Source: an uncultured delta proteobacterium (lineage in GTDB: Bacteria; Desulfobacterota; Binatia; DP-6). Taken from it: 64,000 nucleotides of DNA. This document shows positions 52,409-63,072 of this stretch, piece after piece. Within the stretch, counting starts at the first letter, position 1. Each line of letters starts with the position of its first letter. Made by a program: the position numbers and the translations under genes. Under the pieces are notes generated by a model. The model saw only the letters and a list, made by a program, of their open reading frames with translations. It was not told the DNA's origin and did not search any database. The DNA lies in assembly GCA_963815115.1 (NCBI GenBank), contig CAWFFN010000008.1, positions 384,001 to 448,000 of the forward strand, read 5' to 3'.

Positions 52409-52900
52409 ATGCGCCCGGGCCTCGACCCGGTCCTGCCCGAGCTGCTCATCGGCGAGTACCCGCGGGTGGAGGATCTTGCCTGGCTGCGCGACGTCCACGG
52501 CGTGACCGCGGTCGTCAGCCTGCAGGACGACGCCGACCTCGCGAGCAAGCGGCTCGCCGCCCCGGAGCTCGAGGACGCCTGCGCTGCGCTGGGCCTCGCG
52601 TTCGCGCGCCTGCCGATCGCCGACGGCGATCCCGACGCGCTCGCCGCGCGCCTGCCGGTGGCGGTCGACCGCCTGCACGCGCTGATCGCGGCCGGCGCGC
52701 GCGTCTACCTGCACTGCAATGCGGGGTACAACCGCGCGCCCACGGTGGCCATCGCCTATCTCCACGTCCACCATCGCATCCCCCTCGCCGAGGCGTGCGA
52801 GGAGGTGAAGGCGCGGCGATCGTGCGTCCCGTACGTGAGCGCGCTACGGGCGTGCTACGGCGACGGCGCGGGGGCGGCGGATTCCGGCCGGCGCCGGTAG
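52409..52900 (+). CDS. Dual-specificity protein phosphatase
   Basis: VYLHCNAGYNRAPT (CX5R). Confidence 0.88.
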   Translation: MRPGLDPVLPELLIGEYPRVEDLAWLRDVHGVTAVVSLQDDADLASKRLAAPELEDACAALGLAFARLPIADGDPDALAARLPVAVDRLHALIAAGARVYLHCNAGYNRAPTVAIAYLHVHHRIPLAEACEEVKARRSCVPYVSALRACYGDGAGAADSGRRR

Positions 52901-54384
52901 ACCCGGAGCACCAGGGACTCGGCGACCAGGTCATAGTCGCGCTCCAGCCGCCGCCGCACCGGGTCGTCCTCGTGTGCCCACAGCCCGTCGATCACCAGCG
53001 TGCCGGGCTTGCGACGGTCGACGTCGGCGATCGCCTCCTCGACCTGCTCCTTCGAGTTGTACCAGGGCAGGAGCAGCGCGAAGCGGGTCGGATTGCGCGC
53101 TCCGCTGGCGAGGTAGAGCCAGGCGTCGTCGGGATAGCTGTACATCCAGCGCTCTCCCGGCGGATCGCGCTCGACCGCCGCCCGCACCGCCGCCACCATG
53201 CGCTCGTTCGCTTCGTTGCCCGCGAACGTCCCGAAGGCCGTCTGGTAGCGGATCGGTGCGGCGTGGCGGGCGCGCTCGAGGGTCCGCATGCCCTTGGTGG
53301 ACATCGCGGTGACCAGGACGGCCACCACCACCATGCGCGGCAGCGGGCTGCGAAGCCTCGCCAGGGAGAACACCGCGGCGAGCATGCTGGCACCCGGAAT
53401 CAGGAGGAACGGCATCACGAAGCCGACCTTGATGAAGTCGGGATGGTAGAGGATGGAGAGGACGGCAAAGACGCCGAGGAGCAGCAGGCAGAGACGGACC
53501 CGCTCGACCCGGCCGAATCCCCGCCGCGTTGCGAGCGCGAGGGCGACGGCCTCGCCGACGAGAAAGAGCCGGGCCCAGCGCTGCAGCCAGAGCCAGGTGG
53601 GTGGTTCCCAGTTGAACGCATGGTCGCCCCAGGGAGGATGCGTCGCGAACACCCGGCCGTAGTTCTCGAACACGAAGGTGACGGTCGCGTAGGCGACCTG
53701 CCGGGGCGACGACGCCCACGCGGCCTGTCCGAGATCGACCCCCATGACGAGGATGGCGCCAGCCGCCAGCCAGCCGAGCTCCCGTGCCGCCGCGCGCCGG
53801 CGCGTCCCGGCGGGATGCTCGAAGGCGAGCACGACCACGGCGACGGCGGCCCAGGCAACGACGTAGACGCCGCGCTGCTGCTGGACGCACACCGCTGCCC
53901 CGGCGAGGATACCGGCCAGGGCGGGACGCAGGCGATTCGCAGGGCGCAGGCGCTCGGAGAGGAGCGCCGCGGCGGCGCCGAGCCAGAGCGTCGTCGAGAG
54001 CCAGTGGGGGCTGGCGTACGGCCAGCACGGCAGGGCGAGCATCACGAACGCCACGGACGCCACCACGGCCTCGGCAGGCCCCGCCACGCGGCGCGCGAGG
54101 ACGAAGAGCAGGCCGCACCCGATGGCGTTGACGAGGGCGTCGGCGACGCGGGCGGCAAGCAGGGTGGCGCCACCGATCGCGAGAACGCCGGCGTAGAACT
54201 GGAACGCCAGCGGCGTGAGCAGCTCGAAGAAGTCCCGGTAGATGACCTCGCCGCGGAGCACGCGCTGGGCGCCGAACAGCAGGTAGCTCTCGTCCGCCGG
54301 CCCGATGGCCAGCGGGTATGCGAGCCGATACGCCAGCGCGAGCGCCCCGAGGACCCACGGCAGCGCACGCTCGGCGCGACTCAC
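52855..54384 (-). CDS. Multi-pass membrane protein, GT-C-like glycosyltransferase
   Basis: DESYLL..GEVIYRD, WPYASPHW; paralog of 36496-38034. Confidence 0.7.
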   Translation of the reverse strand: MSRAERALPWVLGALALAYRLAYPLAIGPADESYLLFGAQRVLRGEVIYRDFFELLTPLAFQFYAGVLAIGGATLLAARVADALVNAIGCGLLFVLARRVAGPAEAVVASVAFVMLALPCWPYASPHWLSTTLWLGAAAALLSERLRPANRLRPALAGILAGAAVCVQQQRGVYVVAWAAVAVVVLAFEHPAGTRRRAAARELGWLAAGAILVMGVDLGQAAWASSPRQVAYATVTFVFENYGRVFATHPPWGDHAFNWEPPTWLWLQRWARLFLVGEAVALALATRRGFGRVERVRLCLLLLGVFAVLSILYHPDFIKVGFVMPFLLIPGASMLAAVFSLARLRSPLPRMVVVAVLVTAMSTKGMRTLERARHAAPIRYQTAFGTFAGNEANERMVAAVRAAVERDPPGERWMYSYPDDAWLYLASGARNPTRFALLLPWYNSKEQVEEAIADVDRRKPGTLVIDGLWAHEDDPVRRRLERDYDLVAESLVLRVYRRRPESAAPAPSP

Positions 54385-55532
54385 GACACGTCGCCCCGGT
54401 CCCGCCGCAGCGCCGTGTGTTGCCCGAGCCACTCCACCTCGGCCGCCACGTGTTCCCGCTCCCCTTGGAGATGGTCGGCTATCGCGGCGCGCAGGCGGAC
54501 GTCGTCGATCCAGTGCATGCTCACCGTCTCGGTCGCGTCGAAGCCACGGAGCTGCTTGAACTCCCCGCCCGCGCCGGGCTCGAAGCGCTCGAGACCCTGC
54601 GCGATGCAGTGCGCGATGCCGGCGTAGTAGCAGACGTTGAAGTGGAGATACCGCAGGTCTTGGAAGGCGCCCCAGTAGCGGCCGTACAGCGTCCTCCCCT
54701 TCTGGACGTTGAACGTGCCGGCGATCACCTCCCCGCCCCGCCGGGCCACGACGAAGCACAGATTGGCCCGGAGCCGCTCCGCCACGAGATCGAAGAAGCG
54801 CTCGTTCAGGTAGGGCCGCCCCCAGGGATTGGTGTCGACCGTGGTGCGGTAGATGCGGAACATCACCGGCAGCAGCGCTTCCGGGATGGCGTCGCCGACC
54901 AGGGTCTCGATGGTGACTCCCTGCTCGGCGAGAGCGCTCTGCTCGCGGCGCGCCTGGTTGCGGCGCTTGCTGCGGAGACTCTCCAGGTAATCGTCGAAGG
55001 TGCGAAAGCCCCGGTTCGTCCAGTGGTACTGGTAGGCCGTGCGCCGGAGCCAGCCCCGCACCCAGAGCGCCACCTGGTCGTCCTCGGGACAGAAGTTCAC
55101 GTGCACCGACGAGAAGCCCTGGCGGCTGCAGGCGTTCTCGAGGACCCCTGCGAGGACGGCGGCGACACGGGGATGCGCCCCGGGCGCGGCGAGGAAGCGC
55201 TGGCCGGCCACGGGCGTGAAGGGCACCGCGACCAGCAGCTTCGGGTAGTACGGGATGCGCGCGCGGGCGGCGGCGGACGCCCAGTGGTGGTCGAAGACGA
55301 ACTCGCCCTGGCTGTGGCTCTTCACGTACAGCGGGCAGGCGCCGATCAGGCGATCGTCGTCCCACACCGTCAGGTGCTGCGGCAGCCATCCCGCGTCGCG
55401 GCCGACCGCTCCGGACTCCTCGAGCGCGGAGAGCCAATCCCATTCGAGGAACGGCGACCCCGCCCCGACCAGCGCGTTCCAGGCGTCGCGCGGAACGTCG
55501 CGCAGCGCACTGCAGGTCCGGACGGTCGTCAC
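54381..55532 (-). CDS. FemAB-like GNAT protein (DUF482)
   Basis: HSQGEFVFDH.W, YYPKL..AVPFTPV, YGRYWG, FEPGAGGE.K. Confidence 0.88.
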   Translation of the reverse strand: MTTVRTCSALRDVPRDAWNALVGAGSPFLEWDWLSALEESGAVGRDAGWLPQHLTVWDDDRLIGACPLYVKSHSQGEFVFDHHWASAAARARIPYYPKLLVAVPFTPVAGQRFLAAPGAHPRVAAVLAGVLENACSRQGFSSVHVNFCPEDDQVALWVRGWLRRTAYQYHWTNRGFRTFDDYLESLRSKRRNQARREQSALAEQGVTIETLVGDAIPEALLPVMFRIYRTTVDTNPWGRPYLNERFFDLVAERLRANLCFVVARRGGEVIAGTFNVQKGRTLYGRYWGAFQDLRYLHFNVCYYAGIAHCIAQGLERFEPGAGGEFKQLRGFDATETVSMHWIDDVRLRAAIADHLQGEREHVAAEVEWLGQHTALRRDRGDVS

Positions 55533-55626
55533 CGCGATGGCCTCTTTCCTGGATGAGGGCCCGGGCCGGCGCCGCCGACGCGCGCCGCCGCTCCCGAGCC
55601 GAGCCCGACCCGCATCGTCGCGGGTG

Positions 55627-56476
55627 CTAGGAGGCGAACGCCTGCGCCACCCCGGCGTAGCGGTCGAGCAGCGACAGCACCTTCTCGGGACCCGCCGGCG
55701 GCAGCGCGAAGATCGCGCGCGTGACCCTGGCGTCGCGCAGCCGCTCGAGCTGCTCGGCGTCGGCAGGCGTGCCGTAGACGTTGACCGAGATGCTCTCCGG
55801 GTCGCGGCCCTTCTCGGTCGCGAGCCGCCGCAGGGCGGCGATCTCGCCGGCCAGATCGCCCGCGCGCAAGCCGATGGGGATCCAGCCGTCGCAGTAGTCG
55901 ACCACGCGGGCAAGCGCCTTCGGACCGTGCGCCCCGAGGATGACGGGCGGATGGGGCCGCTGCACCGGCTTGGGCCACGACCAGATCGGGTCGAAGCTGA
56001 CGAACTCGCCGTCGAAGCTCGCCTCGTCCTCGGTCCAGATCGCCTTCAGCGCCAGGACGCGCTCCTTGAGCAGCTTCCACCTGGTGCGAAAGACGGTCCC
56101 GTGATGCTCCATCTCCTCGGCGTTCCAGCCCGCGCCGATCCCGAAGAGCACGCGGCCGTCCGAGAGCTGATCGAGGGATGCCACCTCCTTCGCCGTGATG
56201 ATCGGATCGCGCTCGATCAGCAGGCAGATGCCGGATGCCACCTTGATGCGCGTGGTGGCCGCCGCCGCCGCGGCGAGCGCCACGAAGAGGTCGAGGGTGT
56301 GAGAGTACTCCTTCGGCAGCACGGGCCCGCCCGGCCACGGGCTGCGCCGCGAGGTCGGGATGTGGGTGTGCTCGGGAAACCACACCGGACTCGAAGCCGC
56401 GCGCTTCGGCCTCGCGCGCCAGCACGTCGGGGCGGATGGCGTAGTGGGTGGGAAACATCTGGACGCCGAAGAGCAT
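55627..56476 (-). CDS. LLM-class F420-dependent oxidoreductase (apparent +1 frameshift at ~56387)
   Basis: EARGFES then WFPEHTHIP, AKEVASLD.LSDGR, WPKPVQ. Confidence 0.88.
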
Positions 56477-56508
56477 GGCGTCCCGGCTACGCCCGTCTCC
56501 CCGGCGGG

Positions 56509-57318
56509 TCAAGGCGACGATTGCGGCGAGATGCGCGCAGCCCACGCGCCGCCCCAGCGGCGCTCCCGCATCCAGCGGACCACGGCGATCGTGACGGCGA
56601 CGGCGAGCGTGGCGATCGGAATGCCGAGCTGGAGCGAGCCGGGTCGAGGATCGTAGCGCAGCTGTTCGATGGCCACCTTCGCGATCGGTCCGAGGATGCA
56701 CGCCAGCAGCAGGACCGAACCCGGGCGAGCGCCGCGACGCATGGCCCGGAGCAGCACGAGCAGGATCGCGGCCGCGGTGAGCGAGAACATCCATGCCAGC
56801 GGCAGCACGGGGACTCCGGGAGCGCCCGGTCGGATCAATCCCTGTCCGACCTCGAGGCCGTATGCGAGACTTCCCGGGCCCGGCGTCACGCAGATGCCGA
56901 GCGCCCAGGGCGGACAGGGCAGGCCGGGACAGCACCCGCACGCGATGCAGGCGACGCGGCCGACGGCCGCCGTCGTCATCATGCCGATCGCGAGCGCGTC
57001 ACCGGTCTCCCGCCAACGCACCCGGAACACCAGGCACCAGATGCCGGCGAGCACTCCACCGACGAGGACGCCGAGCGGCAGCCGCGTGCCGGCATCGAGC
57101 AGCTCCGACGGTCCGAGCTGGAGCGCGGCGGGCACGGAGAGGATCTCGAGCCGTTGCTGCCATCGCGCCCCCACGAAGAGTCCCACGCACGCCACCAGCA
57201 GCGCGCCGACGGCGGCAGGCGTCCGGCAGCTCCGCCGTCGCAGGACCTCGAGCGCGACCACCATGCCGGCCACGATCCCGAGGAACCACAGGCGCAGGTA
57301 GAGCTGCTCGGGGGTCAT
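56509..57318 (-). CDS. Divergent prolipoprotein diacylglyceryl transferase (Lgt)-family membrane protein
   Basis: GAR, GDALA, GRVACIACGCCPG, IEQLR; multiple TM segments. Confidence 0.72.
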   Translation of the reverse strand: MTPEQLYLRLWFLGIVAGMVVALEVLRRRSCRTPAAVGALLVACVGLFVGARWQQRLEILSVPAALQLGPSELLDAGTRLPLGVLVGGVLAGIWCLVFRVRWRETGDALAIGMMTTAAVGRVACIACGCCPGLPCPPWALGICVTPGPGSLAYGLEVGQGLIRPGAPGVPVLPLAWMFSLTAAAILLVLLRAMRRGARPGSVLLLACILGPIAKVAIEQLRYDPRPGSLQLGIPIATLAVAVTIAVVRWMRERRWGGAWAARISPQSSP

Positions 57319-57324
57319 CCGGAT

Positions 57325-58866
57325 CTACTGACAGGTCGCAACGAGCACGGTGTTCAACCCGATCGGCGGAATGGGCGGGGGGTCATCAGCCGTGACGAAG
57401 GGGTAGGTAGACAGCCCCAATCCCAGGGCCTTGCCGGTGGCCAACGAGGTCAGCTTGAAACTCTCGAACGGGTTGCCGCCACTCAAGAGGAATCTCTCCG
57501 CAACTTCCACCACCGTGCCCGTCGCGTAGACCCCGGAAGGGCCGGCCAGCCAGTACTTGTTGTCCTGCACAGACTGGATCGCCACCCACATCGTAGCGGG
57601 CCATGGCCCCGGACCCAGGTTGATCACCCGGAACAGTGACCGCGGGTTTCCCTCCCAGTTGACAGAGACCGCTCCTGTGCTCGGATCGGACCCAATCGTC
57701 TCCCAGTTCACGTATGGAAACCTGAAGGTCACCGGGCGATTCCCACAGATGAACAGCGGCTGGCACACCTCCCACGGGTACGAGCTGCTGACGAACGTGC
57801 AGAACCCCTGCTCGCACCCCAGCGGGCACGAGGCCACACCGACCGGATTGTGCGTACAACCGCTGCTCGCAACGCAGCCGTCCGCCGTGCAGGGATTTCC
57901 GTCGTCGCAGCTCACGCCGGCGCCCCCGACGCAGGCACCATTCTGGCAGAAGTCGCCCGTCGTGCACGCGTTGTTGTCGTTGCATGACCCGCCGACCGGC
58001 GTGTGCCGGCACCCGGCCGCCGCATCGCAGCTGTCCGCCGTGCACACGTTGCCGTCGTCGCAGTTCGGCGCGGGTCCGCCGACGCACGCGCCGCCCTGGC
58101 AGCTGTCGCTCGTCGTGCACGCGTTGCCGTCGTTGCACGAGCCGCTCGCCGGCCGGTAGCACGCGCCGTTGCTGCAGAAGTCCTTGGTGCAGGGATTCCC
58201 GTCGGCGGCGCAGGCGTTGGCGTTGTTGGCGTGCACGCACTGTCCGCTTCCCGTGTTGCACGAGTCGTCGGTGCAGAAGTTGCCATCGTCGCAGTTTCGA
58301 TTGCAGCAACTCGCACAGCCGGCACAGCCAGGCATACACGCGATATGAAGTAGGTCATCCGAGTAAAATACCCCGGTAGCAGTCGAGTTCTGGTCCACCT
58401 CGTGACTTTCGACGTATACGACTCGCGGCTCTGCCGGGAGCGGTGCGGATTCAGCAAGACATGACTGGCCCGGATAGCAGAACGCCCCCGCACCAGTCTG
58501 GAGACAGCCGGGAATGCTCACACTCGACCAAAGGCACGTATTGTTGGCATCCATGATGCGCACTATCAGTTCGCGAATGTCCTCGTTTCCGTTCGCACTG
58601 AAGGTCCCGTACACCTGGACCTTCCGGCTATAGCCAGTGGCGGTGCACACGGGAGCATAGACGATCCTCGTCGTGTGCCCCCCGTGGTTGAACTGCGCCA
58701 CCGTGCTATCGTTGCCTATCTTCTTTTCGCACCAGCAGTCGCCGTCGACGCCAGACGGCGTACAGCCCGGCTGGCACGACCAGGCGTCACAGGAGTCCGC
58801 CAGAGCTCCCCGCGCACCGGCGAGTTGCAGCACGGCCACGAGGGCCGCGGTCAGCAGTCGTCGCAT
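57325..58866 (-). CDS. Secreted protein with six CxDGNxCTxDxC-type repeats
   Basis: Signal peptide ending ALA; Cys repeats at ~57850-58295; C-terminal beta-rich domain. Confidence 0.82.
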   Translation of the reverse strand: MRRLLTAALVAVLQLAGARGALADSCDAWSCQPGCTPSGVDGDCWCEKKIGNDSTVAQFNHGGHTTRIVYAPVCTATGYSRKVQVYGTFSANGNEDIRELIVRIMDANNTCLWSSVSIPGCLQTGAGAFCYPGQSCLAESAPLPAEPRVVYVESHEVDQNSTATGVFYSDDLLHIACMPGCAGCASCCNRNCDDGNFCTDDSCNTGSGQCVHANNANACAADGNPCTKDFCSNGACYRPASGSCNDGNACTTSDSCQGGACVGGPAPNCDDGNVCTADSCDAAAGCRHTPVGGSCNDNNACTTGDFCQNGACVGGAGVSCDDGNPCTADGCVASSGCTHNPVGVASCPLGCEQGFCTFVSSSYPWEVCQPLFICGNRPVTFRFPYVNWETIGSDPSTGAVSVNWEGNPRSLFRVINLGPGPWPATMWVAIQSVQDNKYWLAGPSGVYATGTVVEVAERFLLSGGNPFESFKLTSLATGKALGLGLSTYPFVTADDPPPIPPIGLNTVLVATCQ

Positions 58867-58882
58867 AGCAATCCCCCGCTCT

Positions 58883-58911
58883 TGAGTGCTTGCCATATAC
58901 CCAAGCACTCA
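58883..58911. promoter_or_regulatory. Perfect 10-9-10 palindrome upstream of the Cys-repeat/Lgt operon
   Basis: TGAGTGCTTG-CCATATACC-CAAGCACTCA. Confidence 0.5.
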
Positions 58912-58964
58912 TGCCACCGATCGAGCAGGCCTTCGCTACGCGAACGGCGAGGCGGAGGTCAAGC

Positions 58965-59015
58965 GAAAAACGCATCGCACCTGCGATCCGACGCGAGACC
59001 GGACCGCAGGTGCGA
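58965..59015 (-). terminator. Putative intrinsic terminator after the thiolase gene
   Basis: TCGCACCTGCG..CGCAGGTGCGA 11-bp stem, then TGCGTTTTT on - strand. Confidence 0.5.
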
Positions 59016-59030
59016 GCGGAGAAGGGGCGC

Positions 59031-60227
59031 TCAGACCCTGTCGGGCTTGCGGTACACGGCGACGACGGCCGCACCGCCCAGCCCCAGGTTGTGCTGGAGG
59101 GCGACCTTGGCATCCTTCACCTGGCGCTTGTCCGCCTGTCCGCGCAGCTGCCAGTTGAGCTCCGCGCACTGGGCGAGGCCGGTGGCGCCGAGGGGATGGC
59201 CCTTCGAGATGAGACCGCCCGAGGGGTTCACCACCCACTGGCCGCCGTAGGTGACGGCACCGGAGTCGATCAGCTCGCCGCCCTTGCCGGGCTCGCACAG
59301 GCCGAGGCCCTCGTAGGTGACGAGCTCGTTGGTCGAGAAGCAGTCGTGCAGCTCGATGACGTCCACGTTCTCGGGCCCGAGGCCGGACTGCCGGTAGACC
59401 TGCTCCGCCGCCTTGCGGGTCATGTCCTGGCCGATCAGCTTGATGCAGCTCTTCTCGCTCAGCGTGGTCTCGAAGTCCGTGGTCATCGCCATGCCCGCGA
59501 TCTCGATGGCGTGGCCCCACAGATCGTGCTTCGCGACGAAGTCCTCGCTCGCCAGGATCGCGGCCGCCGCGCCATCCGACGTGGGGCAGCACTGCAGCTT
59601 GGTCAGCGGCTCGTACACCATCGGCGCCGCCTGGATCTGCTCCAGCGTGTAGTCGTCCTGGAACTGGGAATACGGGTTGTTCACCGAGTGCTTGTGGTTC
59701 TTGTGCGCGATCTTCGCGAAGTGCTCGGGCGTGGTTCCGTAGCGCTCCATGTGCTCGCGGCCGGCGTTGCCGAAGAACTGCGCCGTGGGTGGCGACGGGG
59801 CGAAGCCGCGCAGCGACACCATGAGCTCGAACTGCTTGTCCATCGGGTTCGTGCGGTCGGTGAACTTCGCGCCCAGCGAGCCCTTCTCCATCTTCTCGAA
59901 GCCCATCGCGAGGACGCAGTCGGCGAGGCCGCCCTCGACGAACTGCTTTGCCATGAAGAGCGCCGTCGAGCCCGTCGAGCAGTTGTTGTTCACGTTGTAG
60001 ACCGGGATGCCGGTCATGCCGAGCTGATAGACGGCGCGCTGGCCGCAGGTGGAGTCGCCGAAGCAGTAGCCGACCGCCGCCTGCTCGACCGCGGTGTACG
60101 GAATCCCGGCGTCCGCGAGCGCCTTCTCGCCGGCCTCCTTCGCCATGTCGGGATAGTCCCAGGCCTTGGAGCCGGGCTTCTCGAACTTCGTCATGCCGAC
60201 CCCGATCACGTACACCTTGCGACCCAT
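59031..60227 (-). CDS. Lipid-transfer protein / SCP-x-type thiolase
   Basis: [39 protein letters not shown]. Confidence 0.93.
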   Translation of the reverse strand: MGRKVYVIGVGMTKFEKPGSKAWDYPDMAKEAGEKALADAGIPYTAVEQAAVGYCFGDSTCGQRAVYQLGMTGIPVYNVNNNCSTGSTALFMAKQFVEGGLADCVLAMGFEKMEKGSLGAKFTDRTNPMDKQFELMVSLRGFAPSPPTAQFFGNAGREHMERYGTTPEHFAKIAHKNHKHSVNNPYSQFQDDYTLEQIQAAPMVYEPLTKLQCCPTSDGAAAAILASEDFVAKHDLWGHAIEIAGMAMTTDFETTLSEKSCIKLIGQDMTRKAAEQVYRQSGLGPENVDVIELHDCFSTNELVTYEGLGLCEPGKGGELIDSGAVTYGGQWVVNPSGGLISKGHPLGATGLAQCAELNWQLRGQADKRQVKDAKVALQHNLGLGGAAVVAVYRKPDRV

Positions 60228-60360
60228 GCGTTGCGTCTCCTTCTCGTGCGCTCGCGGCCGGTCGGGCACCTGCCCACTGGCCGCGGCGGGGGGAGCCTGC
60301 CACACCTCGTGAGCGGAGGCCAACTCCCGCGATGGCGGCGCGGGGTGTACTCTGCGGCGC

Positions 60361-61881
60361 ATGACGGGCGACTCCGAGGGGATCGCGACCTATCACGAGC
60401 AGACCAAGCACTCCCCCGCCCGGCTGCGCAGCGACCCGCATGCCCTCGACTGGGCCATCATGCCGCGGCCCTTCAAGGTCTATCCCGACCTGGAGCCGCT
60501 CGCCTTGCCCCGGGACGTCGCCGCCTCCACGCGACCCGCGCTCGCCTCCCTGCTCGACGCGGGCCCGGCGAGCGGCCGGCCGCTGGACCGCGCGGCGCTC
60601 GCCCGCCTGCTCTACTTCTCCGCCGGCGTGCTGCGGCGGCGGACCTATCCGGGCGGCGAGATCTTCTTCCGCGCCGCCGCCTGCACCGGCGCGCTCTACC
60701 ACATCGATCTCTATGTCGTGTGCGCGGCGCTGCCGGAGCTCGACGCCGGCGTGTACCACTTCGGGCCCCACGACTTTGCCCTCCGCCGCTTGCGCGCCGG
60801 CGACCACCGTGCCGTGCTCGTCGCCGCAGGCGCCGGCGAACAGACGCTGGAGGACGCCCCCGCGGTGCTGGTCTACACCAGCACGTTCTGGCGCAACGCC
60901 TGGAAGTATCGCGCGCGGACCTACCGGCACTGCTTCTGGGACGCCGGCACCATCCTCGCGAACCTCCTCGCCGTGGCGGCCGGGGCCGCGCTGCCGGCGC
61001 GGGTCGTGCAGAGCTTCGTCGACGCCGACGTGAACCGCCTGCTCGATCTCGACGTCGAGCGCGAGGTCGCGCTCGGCCTCGTCGCGCTCGGCACCGGTGC
61101 GCCGCCTCCGCCACCGCCACCCGCGACCCCGCCGCTCGGTCTCGTCACGCTGCCGCCGTCGTCGCGCGAGGTCGCCTACCCGCTGATCGGCCTCGCGCAC
61201 GCGGCGACCTCGCTCGCCTCGCCGGAGCAGGTCGTCGCGGCCCGCGTTCCGGTGCCGGCATCCTCCGTGGACGGCTCCGGCATCGCCCTGCAACCGCTCG
61301 CCGCCGACGCGGTCCCGGAGCCGATCGAGACGGTGATCGTGCGCCGCGGCTCGACGCGGCGGTTCCCGCGCGAGCCGGTCGGGCTCGCGGAGCTGGCCAC
61401 CGTCTTGCGCGCCGCCGTGCAGCCGCTCGCCACCGACTGTCCCGTCACGCCGGAGCCCTACCTCATCGTGCACGCCGTCGACGGGCTCGAGCCGGGCACC
61501 TACGTCCTCGACACCGCGCGACTCGCGCTCGTCCCGCTCCGGGCAGGGCGCTTCCGCGGCGAGGCCGGCCACCTCGGCCTCGGCCAGGAGCTGCCCGCCG
61601 ACGCCTCCTTCAACGTCTACTGGCTGGTCGACCTCGAGGCCACGCTGGCGCGCCAGGGCGCCCGGGGTTACCGCGCCGCGCAGCTCGCGGCCGCGGTCGC
61701 CGGCGGCCGCACCTACCTCGCCGCATACGCGCTCGGACTCGGCGCCACCGGCCTCACCTTCTTCGACGACGACGTCACGGCGTTCTTCTCTCCGCACGCC
61801 GAGGGCAAGAGCGTCATGTTCCTGATGGCCGTCGGACGGCGTCCCGGGCAAGGACGTGCGGCCGGGCCGGCCCGAGGGTAG
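60361..61881 (+). CDS. SagB/ThcOx-family nitroreductase-like dehydrogenase (two domains)
   Basis: [33 protein letters not shown]. Confidence 0.85.
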   Translation: MTGDSEGIATYHEQTKHSPARLRSDPHALDWAIMPRPFKVYPDLEPLALPRDVAASTRPALASLLDAGPASGRPLDRAALARLLYFSAGVLRRRTYPGGEIFFRAAACTGALYHIDLYVVCAALPELDAGVYHFGPHDFALRRLRAGDHRAVLVAAGAGEQTLEDAPAVLVYTSTFWRNAWKYRARTYRHCFWDAGTILANLLAVAAGAALPARVVQSFVDADVNRLLDLDVEREVALGLVALGTGAPPPPPPPATPPLGLVTLPPSSREVAYPLIGLAHAATSLASPEQVVAARVPVPASSVDGSGIALQPLAADAVPEPIETVIVRRGSTRRFPREPVGLAELATVLRAAVQPLATDCPVTPEPYLIVHAVDGLEPGTYVLDTARLALVPLRAGRFRGEAGHLGLGQELPADASFNVYWLVDLEATLARQGARGYRAAQLAAAVAGGRTYLAAYALGLGATGLTFFDDDVTAFFSPHAEGKSVMFLMAVGRRPGQGRAAGPARG

Positions 61882-61962
61882 GAGTCCACGTCCAAGGCAA
61901 CGGGCGCAGCCGTCCGGCGAGGCCCTCTCGAGGAGCCTTCGCCGCCTACCGGACCGCGGGCA

Positions 61963-62601
61963 CTACCAGACGACTGCCGATGAGGCTCTGAGTGAACCCA
62001 AATTCCTGTCCGCGAGCGGCCCAACCCCAACGTAGGGGTTTCCTGCGAAGCCCGGGCCAGGAAACAGCAAGACGGCAGTATTTACAATAAGGGACTTTGC
62101 TCGATTATTAAAGTTGAAAAAGCTGAAGTCTGGATACGCCCATCCGCCACTTAGGCAGATCACCTTACCTCTGAAATCTTGCGCTCCATACAGCCATACC
62201 GAATGCTCGGCGGGTCCCAGCTCCGGATCGTAGCCCCTATCGGGATGCTGCGGGTCATCGAGTAGATCCGGGATTTGGGCCAGCGTTTTCCCGTGCTTCC
62301 CGAGAGCTCGCAAGCATCTCTGCATCGCAGCCGTGACCTCCGCTTGCTGCAGATCCTCGAGCATCTCCGCGTCGGGAGCCGAGCTCCCGGCCCGCCCCTG
62401 CAGGGCATCAAGGCGCTTTTTCACTTCGTCCTCGTATGGACTCAGCGCTGTACGCAATAGGGCGTCGGTAGTGAAGCCGCGCCGGGCCCCCGCAGCGGCG
62501 GTCGCAGGGGTTGCCAACACGAAGAGACCGCCGGCGCCGTCGAACGTCCCCTGATCCACCTGTTGAGAATCGATGAAGAAGCTCATCGCTATCTCGTTCA
62601 T
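61963..62601 (-). CDS. Hypothetical protein with C-terminal beta/gamma-crystallin-like domain
   Basis: AAGGAG RBS; WLYGAQDFRG..PDFS..NFNNRAKS..LFPGPGFAG; AT-richer than flanks. Confidence 0.6.
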   Translation of the reverse strand: MNEIAMSFFIDSQQVDQGTFDGAGGLFVLATPATAAAGARRGFTTDALLRTALSPYEDEVKKRLDALQGRAGSSAPDAEMLEDLQQAEVTAAMQRCLRALGKHGKTLAQIPDLLDDPQHPDRGYDPELGPAEHSVWLYGAQDFRGKVICLSGGWAYPDFSFFNFNNRAKSLIVNTAVLLFPGPGFAGNPYVGVGPLADRNLGSLRASSAVVW

Positions 62602-63072
62602 CGCCGTCTCCTTTCTAGCATCTTGATCAAGGGGAGGCGTCGGGACGGATATCCCGAAACTACGTGTGGCGACAAGAGGTGGCGGCGGTCTGCGAGAGAT
62701 CGATCTGCGTCCAGCTGATCCACAAGACGCTCGCCGCGTGACGCGGGAGGAGAGGACGCATCGACATGACGCTGCGTCGTGCCGCTCGACGCGATGCGCT
62801 TGACGCCGCCGGCGCGCGCTAGACGGCACCGGAGAGGAAGACCGCCGCCTGACCGGCCGCCTTGCCCCCGCCAACGGCGGGCGTCCTCGAAGGCCCACGC
62901 CTTGTCGAACGGCAATGCCGCTCGAATCGTACCTGGTCGGTGGACGACGCCCGGACGCTCGCCGAGCACCACATCCGGATCGGGGTTCAGCGCGTGCTCG
63001 AGCCGCACGGCGGTGACACCGCCACGGTGGCCCACGCGGTCCGACGAGCGCCCCGCCGAGGCATCCATCTCC

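Noticed and set aside
57850-58295. Nucleotide repeats as a non-coding array
   Set aside because: Explained by the protein-level CxDGNxCTxDxC repeats
58883-58911. CIRCE or HAIR heat-shock operator
   Set aside because: Half-sites resemble CIRCE but are everted; spacing does not fit HAIR (N7); the downstream gene is not a chaperone
59031-62601. Azole-containing RiPP cluster around the SagB-like gene
   Set aside because: No YcaO, transporter or precursor peptide nearby
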